Below are positions 16,800 through 28,946 of a stretch of DNA of 64,000 nt, in pieces; the first letter of the stretch is position 1, and each line of letters opens with the position of its first letter. A model generated the notes under the pieces. It searched no databases. It was given only the letters and a program-made list of their open reading frames with translations, and was not told the origin of the DNA. The stretch is taken from the NCBI GenBank assembly GCA_964016885.1, contig OZ024748.1, forward strand, positions 23,374,001 to 23,438,000. Direction: 5' to 3'. This stretch comes from Eledone cirrhosa. Taxonomy: Eukaryota. Made by a program: the position numbers and the translations under genes.

Positions 16800-19243
16800 T
16801 TTCAAACCAGTTCCTGTACACAGCTAAGTATTCTATAAGTCTCTAGCTGTGTCATTCTCGATAAAAGCACTGGATATGTAGTCCTGATGAATTCTAACAA
16901 GAATGAAACGCGTAGATTACTTCCCTTGCTTTTATCGAGAATCTAATTGTAATACGTGACGTATTCTATTCTATAGCGATTAGGTCTTCAAAATGTTTAT
17001 TATAAACATACAGAATATTTTCGAATATTCTATGTCTATATTCACATATATATCGCTATTTCAGAGCATTTATTCCAATTTCTAATTTCTGCCGGACCGG
17101 CAACCGCTCTTTCAAACCAGTTCCTGTACACAGCTAAGTATTCTATAAGTCTCTAGCTGTGTCATTCTCGATAAAAGCACTGGATATGTAGTCCTGATGA
17201 ATTCTAACAAGAATGAAACGCGTAGATTACTTCCCTTGCTTTTATCGAGAATCTAATTGTAATACGTGACGTATTCTATTCTATAGCGATTAGGTCTTCA
17301 AAATGTTTATTATAAACATACAGAATATTTTCGAATATTCTATGTCTATATTCACATATATATCGCTATTTCAGAGCATTTATTCCAATTTCTAATTTCT
17401 GCCGGACCGGCAACCGCTCTTTCAAACCAGTTCCTGTACACAGCTAAGTATTCTATAAGTCTCTAGCTGTGTCATTCTCGATAAAAGCACTGGATATGTA
17501 GTCCTGATGAATTCTAACAAGAATGAAACGCGTAGATTACTTCCCTTGCTTTTATCGAGAATCTAATTGTAATACGTGACGTATTCTATTCTATAGCGAT
17601 TAGGTCTTCAAAATGTTTATTATAAACATACAGAATATTTTCGAATATTCTATGTCTATATTCACATATATATCGCTATTTCAGAGCATTTATTCCAATT
17701 TCTAATTTCTGCCGGACCGGCAACCGCTCTTTCAAACCAGTTCCTGTACACAGCTAAGTATTCTATAAGTCTCTAGCTGTGTCATTCTCGATAAAAGCAC
17801 TGGATATGTAGTCCTGATGAATTCTAACAAGAATGAAACGCGTAGATTACTTCCCTTGCTTTTATCGAGAATCTAATTGTAATACGTGACGTATTCTATT
17901 CTATAGCGATTAGGTCTTCAAAATGTTTATTATAAACATACAGAATATTTTCGAATATTCTATGTCTATATTCACATATATATCGCTATTTCAGAGCATT
18001 TATTCCAATTTCTAATTTCTGCCGGACCGGCAACCGCTCTTTCAAACCAGTTCCTGTACACAGCTAAGTATTCTATAAGTCTCTAGCTGTGTCATTCTCG
18101 ATAAAAGCACTGGATATGTAGTCCTGATGAATTCTAACAAGAATGAAACGCGTAGATTACTTCCCTTGCTTTTATCGAGAATCTAATTGTAATACGTGAC
18201 GTATTCTATTCTATAGCGATTAGGTCTTCAAAATGTTTATTATAAACATACAGAATATTTTCGAATATTCTATGTCTATATTCACATATATATCGCTATT
18301 TCAGAGCATTTATTCCAATTTCTAATTTCTGCCGGACCGGCAACCGCTCTTTCAAACCAGTTCCTGTACACAGCTAAGTATTCTATAAGTCTCTAGCTGT
18401 GTCATTCTCGATAAAAGCACTGGATATGTAGTCCTGATGAATTCTAACAAGAATGAAACGCGTAGATTACTTCCCTTGCTTTTATCGAGAATCTAATTGT
18501 AATACGTGACGTATTCTATTCTATAGCGATTAGGTCTTCAAAATGTTTATTATAAACATACAGAATATTTTCGAATATTCTATGTCTATATTCACATATA
18601 TATCGCTATTTCAGAGCATTTATTCCAATTTCTAATTTCTGCCGGACCGGCAACCGCTCTTTCAAACCAGTTCCTGTACACAGCTAAGTATTCTATAAGT
18701 CTCTAGCTGTGTCATTCTCGATAAAAGCACTGGATATGTAGTCCTGATGAATTCTAACAAGAATGAAACGCGTAGATTACTTCCCTTGCTTTTATCGAGA
18801 ATCTAATTGTAATACGTGACGTATTCTATTCTATAGCGATTAGGTCTTCAAAATGTTTATTATAAACATACAGAATATTTTCGAATATTCTATGTCTATA
18901 TTCACATATATATCGCTATTTCAGAGCATTTATTCCAATTTCTAATTTCTGCCGGACCGGCAACCGCTCTTTCAAACCAGTTCCTGTACACAGCTAAGTA
19001 TTCTATAAGTCTCTAGCTGTGTCATTCTCGATAAAAGCACTGGATATGTAGTCCTGATGAATTCTAACAAGAATGAAACGCGTAGATTACTTCCCTTGCT
19101 TTTATCGAGAATCTAATTGTAATACGTGACGTATTCTATTCTATAGCGATTAGGTCTTCAAAATGTTTATTATAAACATACAGAATATTTTCGAATATTC
19201 TATGTCTATATTCACATATATATCGCTATTTCAGAGCATTTAT

Positions 19244-19249
<6 letters not shown>
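16800..19249 (+). mobile_element. 310-bp tandem array (7 full units plus 1 partial), retrozyme-like, one hammerhead ribozyme per unit
   Basis: Units start at 16801, 17111, 17421, 17731, 18041, 18351, 18661 and 18971; apparently identical; array plus inverted copy is flanked by (TA)n. Confidence 0.9.
16878..16920 (+). ncRNA. Type-I hammerhead ribozyme (first of 8, repeating every 310 bp)
   Basis: gtagtc-CTGATGA-attct[aaca]agaat-GAAA-cgcg-TA-gattac; helix I 6 bp, extended past an internal loop by perfect 16-bp attctcgataaaagca/tgcttttatcgagaat; predicted cleavage after 16914. Confidence 0.9.
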
Positions 19250-19310
<61 letters not shown>

Positions 19311-19318
<8 letters not shown>

Positions 19319-20030
19319 TAACAGATTAAAGTTTAAGCAAAGAATCGCTGCTTTCACCCTTAACGGGATCTTCTGAAACTAACAAAGTCAATCTGTAAAC
19401 GCAGAACTGGATATTTCAAAAAACGTTGCAACCGGAGGAAGACAGGAAGACGATACTTTGGTTCGTGGTAACGTTCGCTGGCAAAGAACGGGAAAAAACA
19501 AATAATACGTCATTAATAGGAGCGGTGAAAAACAATTACGTGCAAAGACAAAACCACGTTTATGGTATAAAAGAGGTCGTAGACTAATGTTCTCTTAGGT
19601 GGTGCACAGAGACGTTCTCTGGCAATGAACGAAAAAACGAGGAAAATAAGTCATATGTGGAGCGTGGAGAACAATAGCACGCAAAGACAAAACCGCGTAA
19701 ATGGTATAGCAGAACTTGTAGACTAAAATTCCAACTAGGAGACCAAATGAATCTCCGCTACAGAGTTAAGAACAAAGTAAATAAATACAATACGAAGTAA
19801 TAGAAACAAATAAATACATACACGCAAACAGATACGTACATACACAAGCATACGCAAAACCTTACCATAGGTATACAAAACCAGGCACATATAAATATGT
19901 GTGTGTGTGTGTATGCTTGTGTACAAATAAATAAATAATTATATAAACGTATATAAGTAAATAAATACGTATATAACAAGCGCACACACATACCTACTTG
20001 CTTAAACTTTAATCTGTTATTTTAATAAAT
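19311..20030 (+). mobile_element. Dispersed (TA)n-adjacent repeat; inverted second copy at about 51400-52080
   Basis: Long high-identity reverse-complement match (e.g. aaaataacagattaaagtttaagcaa); that terminus recurs inverted at 19998-20025; no coding signal. Confidence 0.8.
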
Positions 20031-20319
20031 ATTTGCTCTACGGTTCTTATATATTTGATGTATATTTTCCTTATCGAGCCCTCTTTGGATTTTAGTCTTC
20101 AATTTTATTATTATTACTATTATTACTATATATATATATATATATATATAAGCTCAAAAATGGAATGAGAGTAAGAAGAAAGCAAGAACGGTGGTGGTGG
20201 TGGTGGTGGTGGGGGGGGGGGGGGGGTTCCTCGTCACTTGTCTCCTGGGGGTCTCGGATATTTCAACGCTTAAACATAGAAAACATCAATTCTAACCAAA
20301 TATTACATTCCATGAGCAA

Positions 20320-20760
20320 TGAACTGTCTGCTCTTGAAATTAACCTGCAAGTGTTCGAGCATTCCACAGATTCATGCACTCTTAACGTAGTTCTCAGGGA
20401 GATTCAGCATGCCACAAAGTGCGACACAGCTGGCCTGTTCCTTGTAATGCAGGTACAACTCAATTTTTTTTTTTTTTTTTTTTGCCAGCTGCGTGGACTG
20501 GACCAACGTGAAATAAAGCGTCTTGCTCAAGGATACATCGCTCCGCCTGGTCCAGAAATCGAACTAACGACCTTACGATCGTGAGATGAACACTGTAACC
20601 ACTAGGGCTGAAAATAAAATAAAAGTATATGAGGGGGTGGGGGTTAAAAGCGTTTTGCTCAAGGATACATCGCTCCGCCTGGTCCAGAAATCGAACTAAC
20701 GACCTTACGATCGTGAGATGAACACTGTAACCACTAGGCCTGAAATAAAATAAAAGTATA
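20320..20760 (-). mobile_element. tRNA-derived SINE family B with local tandem duplication of its head (20655-20760)
   Basis: Minus strand reads tagtggttacagtg...cgtaaggtcgttagttcgatttctgg (A/B-box like) then ccttgagcaagacgctttatttcacg. Confidence 0.7.
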
Positions 20761-20984
20761 TGGGGAGTAGTTTAATTAGATGTTTGGCTTTGGATGACAT
20801 CACAGACAGGCATGACAGCCAGCAATGCTATTACTTAATAGCCTTCTATAGATGGTTGTATATATAAGACGAAAGCTTGACAGTTTTCTAACTAAAGCGA
20901 CATCTTACATTGTATCGTTGAGTAAGGAAAATAATGAGATAATTGGTTAATAGCTCGGCGAGGCGAACCTTTACATCAGACTAC

Positions 20985-20985
<1 letters not shown>

Positions 20986-21028
<43 letters not shown>

Positions 21029-21063
21029 CTGTGTAGTTTGTGCGAGCCTTTCTGTTTGTGTAC

Positions 21064-21113
<50 letters not shown>

Positions 21114-21171
21114 CTGTGTAGTTTGTGTGAGCCTTTCTGTTTGTGTACGTGCGTGTCTGTGTACGTGCGTA

Positions 21172-21204
<33 letters not shown>

Positions 21205-21256
21205 TTGTGTAGTTTGTGTGAGCCTTTCTGTTTGTGTACGTGCGCGCGCGAGCGTG

Positions 21257-21308
<52 letters not shown>

Positions 21309-21357
21309 TGTGTCTGTGTGTGTCTGTGTGTGTGTGTGTGTGTGTGTGCGTGCGTGT

Positions 21358-21429
<72 letters not shown>

Positions 21430-24105
21430 TTTGTGTGAGCCTTTCTGTTTGTGTACGTGCGTGTCTGTGTACGTGCGTATCTGTGTGTGTACGTGCGTGT
21501 CTGTGTATATATGTGTACATTTGTGTGCGCGTATCTGTGTGTGTGTACGTGCGTATATGTGTGTGTACGAGCGTGTCTGTGTATATGTGTAAATTCGTGT
21601 GCGCGTATCTGTGTGTGTATGTGTGTACATGTGTGTCTAGGTACGTTCGTATGTGCGTGTTTGTGTGTGGTTTTTGCATGCGTGTCTGTGTACGTTCGCG
21701 TGTTCATATCTGTGTGTGTGTCTGTGCACGTTCGTGTGTGCGTATCTGTGTATGTACGTACGTGTCTGTGTGTGTGTATCTGTTTAGGTTCATGTGTACG
21801 TATCTGTGTGTGTATGTGTACGTTCGTGTGTGCGTGTCTGTGTATGAATGTGCGTGTCTGTATATGTTCGTGTGTGCGTATCTGTGTATGAATGTGCGTG
21901 TCTGTATATGTTCGTGTGTGCGTATCTGTGTGTGTACGTACGTGTGTGTGTATGTGTACGTCCAGCGTATCTGTGTATGTACGTGTGTGTATGTGTGCGT
22001 TCGTGTGTGCGTATATGTGTGTGTGTACGTGCATGTCAATGGGTGTATGTATACGATCGTGTGTGCGTATCTGTGTGTGTACGTGCGTGTGTGTATGTGC
22101 GTGTGTGCGTATTTGTGTATGTACGTGCATGTCTATTCGTGTCTGCGTACGTTCGTGTGTGCGTATCTGTCCGTGTATGTCTGTGCGTGTACGTCCATGT
22201 GTGTGTATGTTTCTGTAGACGTGTGTGTGTTTGTGTTTGTATGTGTATGTATGTTCATGTATACGTGTGTGTCTTTGTATGTGTGTGTATGTTCGAGTGT
22301 ACGTGTGAGTCTGTGTATTTGTATGTGTATGTATGTTCATGTATACGTGTGTGTCTTTGTGTGTTTGTATGTGTGTGTATGTTCGAGTGTACGTGTGTGT
22401 CTTTGTGTGTTTGTATGTGTATGTATGTTCATGTATACGTGTGTGTCTTTGTGAGTTTGTATGTGTGTGTATGTTCGAGTGTACGTGTGTGTCTTTGTGT
22501 GTTTGTATGTGTATGTATGTTCATGTATACGTGTGTGTCTTTGTGAGTTTGTATGTGTGTGTATGTTCGTGTGTACGTGTGTGTCTTTGTGTGTTTGTAT
22601 GTCTGTGTATGTTCGTGTATACGTGTGTCTTTGTGTGTGTGTATGTGTATGTATGTTCGTGTATACGTGTGTGTCTTTGTGTGTGTGTTTGTGTGTGTAT
22701 GTTCGTGTATACATGTGTCTTTATGTGTTTGTATGTGTGTGTATGTTCGTGTATACGTGTATGTCTTTGTGTGTGTTTGTATGTGTGTGTATGTTCGTGT
22801 GTACGTGTGTCTTTGTGTGTGTGTATGTGTATGTATGTTCGTGTGTACGTGTGTATCTTTGTGTGTTTGTATGTGTATGTATGTTCGTGTGTACGTGTGT
22901 GTCTTTGTGTGTGTGTATGTGTGTGTATGTTCGTGTGTACGTGTGTATCTTTGTGTGTTTGTATGTGTATGTATGTTCGTGTGTACGTGTGTGTCTTTGT
23001 GTGTGTGTATGTGTGTGTATGTTCGTGTGTACGTGTGTCTGTGTGTGTGTGTATGTATGTTCGTGTGTACGTGTGTATCTTTGTGTGTTTGTATGTGTAT
23101 GTATGTTCGTGTGTACGTGTGTGTCTGTGTGTATTTGTATGTGTGTGTATGTTCGTGTGTACGTGTGTGTCTTTGTGTGTGTGTATGTGTATGTATGTTC
23201 GTGTGTACGTGTGTGACTTTGTGTGTTTGTATGTGTATGTATATTCGTGTGTACGTGTGTGTCTTTGTGTGTTTGTATGTGTATGTATGTTCGAGTGTAC
23301 GTGTGTATCTTTGTGTGTTTGTATGTGTATGTATATTCGTGTGTACGTGTGTGTCTTTGTGTGTGTGTGTGTATGTGTGTGTGTGTATGTGTATGTATGT
23401 TCGTGTGTCTTTGTGTGTCTTTGTGTGTGTGTGTATGTGTACGTATGTTCGTGTGTACGCGTGTATCTGTGTGTGTTTGTATGTGTGTGTATGTTCGTGT
23501 GAACGTGTGTCTTTGTGTGTGTGTATGTGTGTGTATGTGTATGTGTGTGTATGTTCGTGTGTATGTGTGTGTCTTTGTGTGTGTGTATGTGTGTGTATGT
23601 TCGTGTGTACGTGTGTCTGTGTGTGTGTGTATGTGTGTGTATGTTCGTGTTTACGTGTGTCTGTGTGTGTTTGTATGTGTATGTATGTTCGTGTATACGT
23701 GTGTCTGTGTGTGTTTGTATGTGTGTGTATGTTCGTGTGTACGTGTGTGTATTTGTGTGTGTGTATGTGTGTGTATGTTCGTGTGTATGTGTGTGTCTTT
23801 GTGTGTGTGTATGTGTATGTATGTTCGTGTTTACGTGTGTCTTTGTGTGTTTGTATGTGTGTGTATGTTCGTGTATACGTGTGTCTTTGTGTGTGTATGT
23901 GTGTATGTATGTTCGTGTATACATGTGTCTGTGTGTGTCTTTGTGTGTGTATGTGTGTGTCTTTGTGTGTGTTTGTATGTGTATGTATGTTCGTGTGTAC
24001 GTGTGTGTCTTTGTGTGTGTGTATGTGTGTGTATGTTCGTGTATACGTGTGTCTGTGTGTGTGTATGTATGTACGTGTATACGTGTGTGTGTGTGTGTAT
24101 GTGTG
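20986..24105. repeat. (TG)n-derived degenerate minisatellite, about 44-46-bp unit in 22230-24090
   Basis: Recurrent gtgtctttgtgtgtttgtatgtgtatgtatgttcgtgtgtac. Confidence 0.9.
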
Positions 24106-24320
24106 TTAGAAGTTCACTTCATTACGTAACATGTGAGGCCAGTGCCTTGTACTGTAGTGTCGCTTAGATTCGGTCTGGGGAATGAAATTGGACAGGCAGA
24201 CACTGTGCGGAAGCCCGCTGGATAGACTGTTACAGCTCATGATATAGTTATACAGTTATGTTGTTATTTTTGTTATTAATACTACTATTGACTGTTAGTG
24301 TTCAGGAAGGCCAACAGCTC

Positions 24321-24354
<34 letters not shown>

Positions 24355-25057
24355 GGAGGTGGTGGTGGCAGTGGTGGCAGTGGTGATTCGTGACAGTGGT
24401 GGTAATGGTGGTAGTGGTGATGGTGGTAGTGGTGGTGGCAGTGGTGGTGGCAATGGTGGTGGTGGCAGTGGTGGTGTTGGTGGTAGTGGTGATGGTGGTA
24501 GTGGTGGTGGCAGTGGTGGTGGTAATGGTGGTGGTGGTGGTGGTGGCAGTGATGGTGGTAGTGGTGGTGGCAGTGGTGGTGGTCGTGGCGGTGGTGATGG
24601 TGGTAGTGGTGGTGGCAATGGTGGTGGTGGCAATGGTGGTGGTGGTGGTGGTGGTGGTGGCAGTGGTGGTGGTGATGGTGGTAGTGGTGGTGGCAATGGT
24701 GGTGGTGGCAATGGTGGTGGTGGTGGTGGTGGTGGTGGTGGTGGTGATGATGGTGGTAGTGGTAGTGGCAATGGTGGCGGTGGCAATGGTGAGGGTGGCA
24801 GTGGTGGTGGTAGTGGTGATGGTGGTAGTGGAGGCGGCAGTGGTGGTGGCAATGGTGGTGGTGACAGTGGTGGTGGTGGTGGTAGTGGTGATGGTGGCAA
24901 TGGTGGTGGCAGTGGTGGTGGCAGTGGTGGTGGTGGTGGTGGTGGTCGTGGTGGTGGTGATGGTGGTAGTGGTGGTGGCAGTGGTGGTGGTAGTGGTGGT
25001 GGTGATGGTTGCAGTGGTGGTGGTGATGGCAATGGTGGTAGTGGTGGTGGTGGTGGT
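24321..25057. repeat. (TAG)n plus (GGT)n-rich low-complexity tract
   Basis: Directly visible. Confidence 0.9.
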
Positions 25058-25362
25058 CTCTTTACCGTGGTCGTTCGGTCCGATGTTGTCGTCTTTATTC
25101 GGCTAATTAATTCATATTGTTCCGTTTTTGCTGAGATCTGTCAAAGGAGAGACTTGAATAGAAACAGTTCTGTTGAGATAACGTTGGACGGTGACAGTTG
25201 TTCACATCTGTTATTGGGAGTAACGTACTTTGATGAACTACTTCACCACCACCACATATTGAATACTACATTACTGTTTCATTTGTATGTATGTATGTAT
25301 GTATGTATGTATGTATGTATGTATGTATGTATGTATGTATGTATGTATGTATGTATGTATGT

Positions 25363-25740
25363 ATGGTATCCAATGATGTTGACTTGTTCTTCTTTTTGGT
25401 AAATAGCATCTTGGTTAAGAGAGTGGGACTGGCTTTGTGCAGTGCCTTTGCTCACTATAAAAGCTTCACGGCACAGGCATTGCTTTATATCTGGAGATCT
25501 CTCTGCACTTGTCCTCACATGGGCCCAGCACTATGTGTCAATGGTTGTCCTACCATGGGCCTAGCACTATGTGTCAATAGTTGTCACAGGTGTAGTGTTT
25601 GTACCAGAGGTTTCAAGTCGCTGGCTGGACTAAAAAGTCACACTCGTTCAGCGCTTCGGTAGGGGTTATCCTACATGGATGTAAAGTAGTGGCCGTACTC
25701 GAAAACGAGTTGGCAGCCACCATGTATGTATGTATGTATG

Positions 25741-25774
<34 letters not shown>

Positions 25775-25777
25775 TGT
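25363..25777 (+). mobile_element. RTE-derived non-autonomous element, copy 2 (5'-truncated, between (TATG)n runs)
   Basis: Matches 10105-10437, with a small internal duplication near 25520-25580. Confidence 0.85.
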
Positions 25778-26398
25778 TCTTCTGGTTTTATAATTTCACA
25801 AAGTTTTACTAATAGAGAGATAGTCGGTTTCTAACAGACACAAGACTCTCTCATTGGAATTTACACAACATCAACTAGGTAGATATGTATGTATGTCTGC
25901 ATGCATGCATGTGTAGATATGGATGTTATTGTATGTGTGGATGTGTATGTTTTGAGTTGTATATGTGCATGTGTATATGCTTTGTATCTGTACATGTGTA
26001 TATGCAGTTATTAGATGCAACATTTTTGGAATGTTTTACATATTTTTACTGTTCCATTAATGGATTGTACTTGTAATTTCCTAACTAGTTGTGTTCTTTC
26101 TGTTCCTGTGAAGCCTAGCTTCTCAAGATTTGTATTGAGGCAGTTACTAACATATCCCAGTGCCCCAATAATCACAGGCATAAATCTGAAGGTGTAATCA
26201 GGGTGGAGTATCTGCAGATTTCTCATCAGTTCTGCATGAATATTCTCCTCTTCACTAATCTTTGATATTATATTGGCATCTGCTGGGCAGCTGATTTCCA
26301 CTACTGTGCATGTTTTCTTCACCCTGTCCCATATCATAATATCTGGTCTGTTATGCCTGCATTTTATTGGGGTTTTTACTGGAACATTCCACCAGTAC
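25778..26398 (-). pseudogene. 3' fragment of an RLE-type non-LTR retrotransposon (R4/Dong-like)
   Basis: WWNVPVKT..CRHNRPDIMIWD...VVEISCP...PVIIGALG is a restriction-like endonuclease PD-(D/E) signature; stop at 26011, then 3' UTR ending in (CATA)n on the minus strand. Confidence 0.85.
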
Positions 26399-26792
26399 TC
26401 TTTCTGGTAAATATCATCTTGGTTAAGAGAGTGGGACTGGCTTTGTGCAGTGCCTTTGCTCACTATAAAAGCTTCACGACACAGGCATTGCTTTATATCT
26501 TTAGATCTCTCTGCACTTGTCGTCACATGATACCATGGGCCCAGCACTATGTGTCAATAATTGTCACAAGTGTAGTGTTTGTACCAGAGTTTTCAAGTCG
26601 CTGGCTGGACTAAAAAGTCACACTCGTTCAGCGCATCGGTAGGGGTTCTCCTACATGGATATAAAGTAGTGGCCGTACTCGAAAACGAGTTGGCAGCCAC
26701 CATGTATGTATGTATGTATGTATGTATGTATGTATGTATGTATGTATGTATGTATGTATGTATGTATGTATGTATGTATGTATGTATGTATG
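26399..26792 (+). mobile_element. RTE-derived non-autonomous element, copy 3 (5'-truncated)
   Basis: Matches 10134-10437; (TATG)n tail. Confidence 0.85.
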
Positions 26793-28691
26793 CTCCTACA
26801 ATATGGTGGTGAGAGACTCCTGCAACATCTGCACTCTTTGTTTGGAAGGATATGGGCTAATGAATCCGTACCTGAGGACTGGAGAGATGCAGTAATGGTG
26901 GTCTTGTACAAGGGAAAGGGTAACAGGAATGATTGTGGGAACTACAGAGGTATATCATTGCTTTCTGTCGTAAGGAAAGTTTTATGTAGGGTGCTTCTGG
27001 ACCGTCTGCTGACACACATTGCAGATTGTGTTCTTCCTGAAAGTCAATCTGGTTTTCGTGCTGGACGCGGCACTACTGATATGATCTTCTCAGCTAGACA
27101 GCTCCAGGAGAAGTGCATTGAACAAGGCTTGGATCTGTATCAGGTTTTTGTCGATCTGACAAAGGCTTTCGATACTGTCAACAGAGAGGCATTATGGAAG
27201 GTTCTCCAGAAACTTGGTTGCCCTGATAAGTTCCTTGCTTTAGTTAGGTCTTTCCATGACGACATGAAGGCTTGGGTTAATGTCGGGGGTAACATGTCGG
27301 AGCCTATCTCAGTAAAAAATGGAGTGAAACAGGGGGATATTCCAGCACCGACCCTGTTTGCCATATACTTTGCATTGGTTTTCTGTATTGCATTCAGGAA
27401 TTGCGAGCATAGTGTTTACATCCGATATCGAACCTCAGGCAGCATATTTAACATCAGGCGCTTTGATGCGAAGACAAGGGTGTTTACATCAATCATAAGA
27501 GACCTCTTGTATGCAGATGATTGCGATCTTGTAGCGCACACAGAGAGTGATATGCAGCACATTTTGAATGCATTTTCTGACGCTTGCACTGCCCTGGGTT
27601 TGACTGTCAGTCTCAAGAAAACCGTCGTCATGTACCAACCTGCCCCTAGTAAGCAGTACACTGAACCAAACATCTATGTGTATGGCAAACGACTTGGAGT
27701 GGTTGATCAGTTTGTCTACCTGGGAAGCACTGTCAATCGATACGGCAACCTTGACGGTGAAATCTCACTTAGGATTAGGAAAGCAAGTAATGCTTTCGGA
27801 AAGCTAGAAAGGCGACTCTGGGGTCGGCGAGACATATGCAGGAGGACAAAGGTAAGGGTGTACAGGGCATGTGTACTCTCTTGTCTTCTTTATGCCTGCG
27901 AGACCTGGGTCACATATCGACACCACCTTAAGCAATTGGAGCGTTTCCATCAGATGTGTCTCAGACGGATCCATGGCGTTCACTGGAGGGACCACATCAG
28001 TGATGTCGAGATTTTGGAAAGCTCTATGTGTGACAGTATAGAAGCTCTTGTGCTTAAGCAACGACTCCGTTGGAGTGGTCACCTTGCCAGGATGAAGGAT
28101 TCTAGAATACCAAAACAACTCTTCTATGGAGAGTTGGTTAAAGGAAAACGACCGCCACATAAACCAAAAAAGAGGTATAAGGATTCCTTGAAAGCCTCTC
28201 TGAAAGACGCTAACATCTCTGCTGATACATGGGAGAATATTGCTGCTGATCGTAATAAATGGAGAAAGACTGTATATGAGGGAAAAGTTGCCTTTGAGGC
28301 ATCTCGAATCGCATACGAGAAAGTAAAGCGGGATGTGAGGAAGGGCATTGCTGTTGCACTTCCAGACGGCGAGGGTCCTCCTATGGTGCTGACATGCAGC
28401 GTATGTGCGAAACTCTGCCTAAGCAAAGCTGGACTCGAAAGTCATCTTCGCAGTCATAAAGTAAGACCAGTGGTTGACTACCAGGCTGCTGTTGGAGATG
28501 CTACTCATCATGCTTGCCAAACATGTGGTAGAGAATGTAAATCAGCAGGAGGGCTCAAGCGACATGCAAAAGTACACGAACTCCAACCACAGCCGACTAT
28601 TCTCAGTGAATGTTTTGGTTGCCGACTCTGTGCAAGACATTGTAGATCATTGGCTGGGCTAAAAAGCCACATTCGATCGCAGCACTGTTAG
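26793..28691 (+). CDS. Reverse transcriptase ORF of a 5'-truncated RTE-clade LINE with C-terminal C2H2 zinc fingers
   Basis: NYRGISLL, ESQSGFR, FVDLTKAFD, GVKQG, LYADD, FVYLGS, RLRWSGH...RIPKQLFYGEL (RTE-typical); three CxxC..HxxxH motifs; no endonuclease or true start (ORF-track start lies in the microsatellite). Confidence 0.93.
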   Translation, partial: LLQYGGERLLQHLHSLFGRIWANESVPEDWRDAVMVVLYKGKGNRNDCGNYRGISLLSVVRKVLCRVLLDRLLTHIADCVLPESQSGFRAGRGTTDMIFSARQLQEKCIEQGLDLYQVFVDLTKAFDTVNREALWKVLQKLGCPDKFLALVRSFHDDMKAWVNVGGNMSEPISVKNGVKQGDIPAPTLFAIYFALVFCIAFRNCEHSVYIRYRTSGSIFNIRRFDAKTRVFTSIIRDLLYADDCDLVAHTESDMQHILNAFSDACTALGLTVSLKKTVVMYQPAPSKQYTEPNIYVYGKRLGVVDQFVYLGSTVNRYGNLDGEISLRIRKASNAFGKLERRLWGRRDICRRTKVRVYRACVLSCLLYACETWVTYRHHLKQLERFHQMCLRRIHGVHWRDHISDVEILESSMCDSIEALVLKQRLRWSGHLARMKDSRIPKQLFYGELVKGKRPPHKPKKRYKDSLKASLKDANISADTWENIAADRNKWRKTVYEGKVAFEASRIAYEKVKRDVRKGIAVALPDGEGPPMVLTCSVCAKLCLSKAGLESHLRSHKVRPVVDYQAAVGDATHHACQTCGRECKSAGGLKRHAKVHELQPQPTILSECFGCRLCARHCRSLAGLKSHIRSQHC

Positions 28692-28895
28692 TTGCTATCG
28701 TGTGTGTGTGTGTGTGTGTGTAGATATGCTTATGTGCGTGCGTGTGTGTGTATATATATATATGAATATGTATATTATTATTGTTGTTGTCATTATTATT
28801 ATTGCTATTATTATTATTATTATTATTGTTATTAATGTATGTGTGTGTGTGTGTACATGTGTGTGTATGTGTATGTATGTGTGTATGTATATATG

Positions 28896-28946
<51 letters not shown>

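Noticed and set aside
16800-19249. CRISPR array or rDNA/snRNA tandem interpretation
   Set aside because: No unique spacers, eukaryotic context, and no recognisable 5S/snRNA/tRNA sequence; units are whole-length identical
19340-19385. Hammerhead-like CAGAAGA-tccc[gttaa]gggt-GAAA on the minus strand (also about 52018-52050 +)
   Set aside because: U4 altered, no UH cleavage triplet and no helix I; at best a relic
24344-25402. Gly-rich 352-aa ORF as a structural protein
   Set aside because: Derived from a (GGT)n tract, open in several frames on both strands, and runs into (TATG)n
26011-26547. 178-aa ORF as a single gene
   Set aside because: Its first about 50 codons are the antisense of the RTE-derived repeat; only the remainder is RLE-LINE coding sequence
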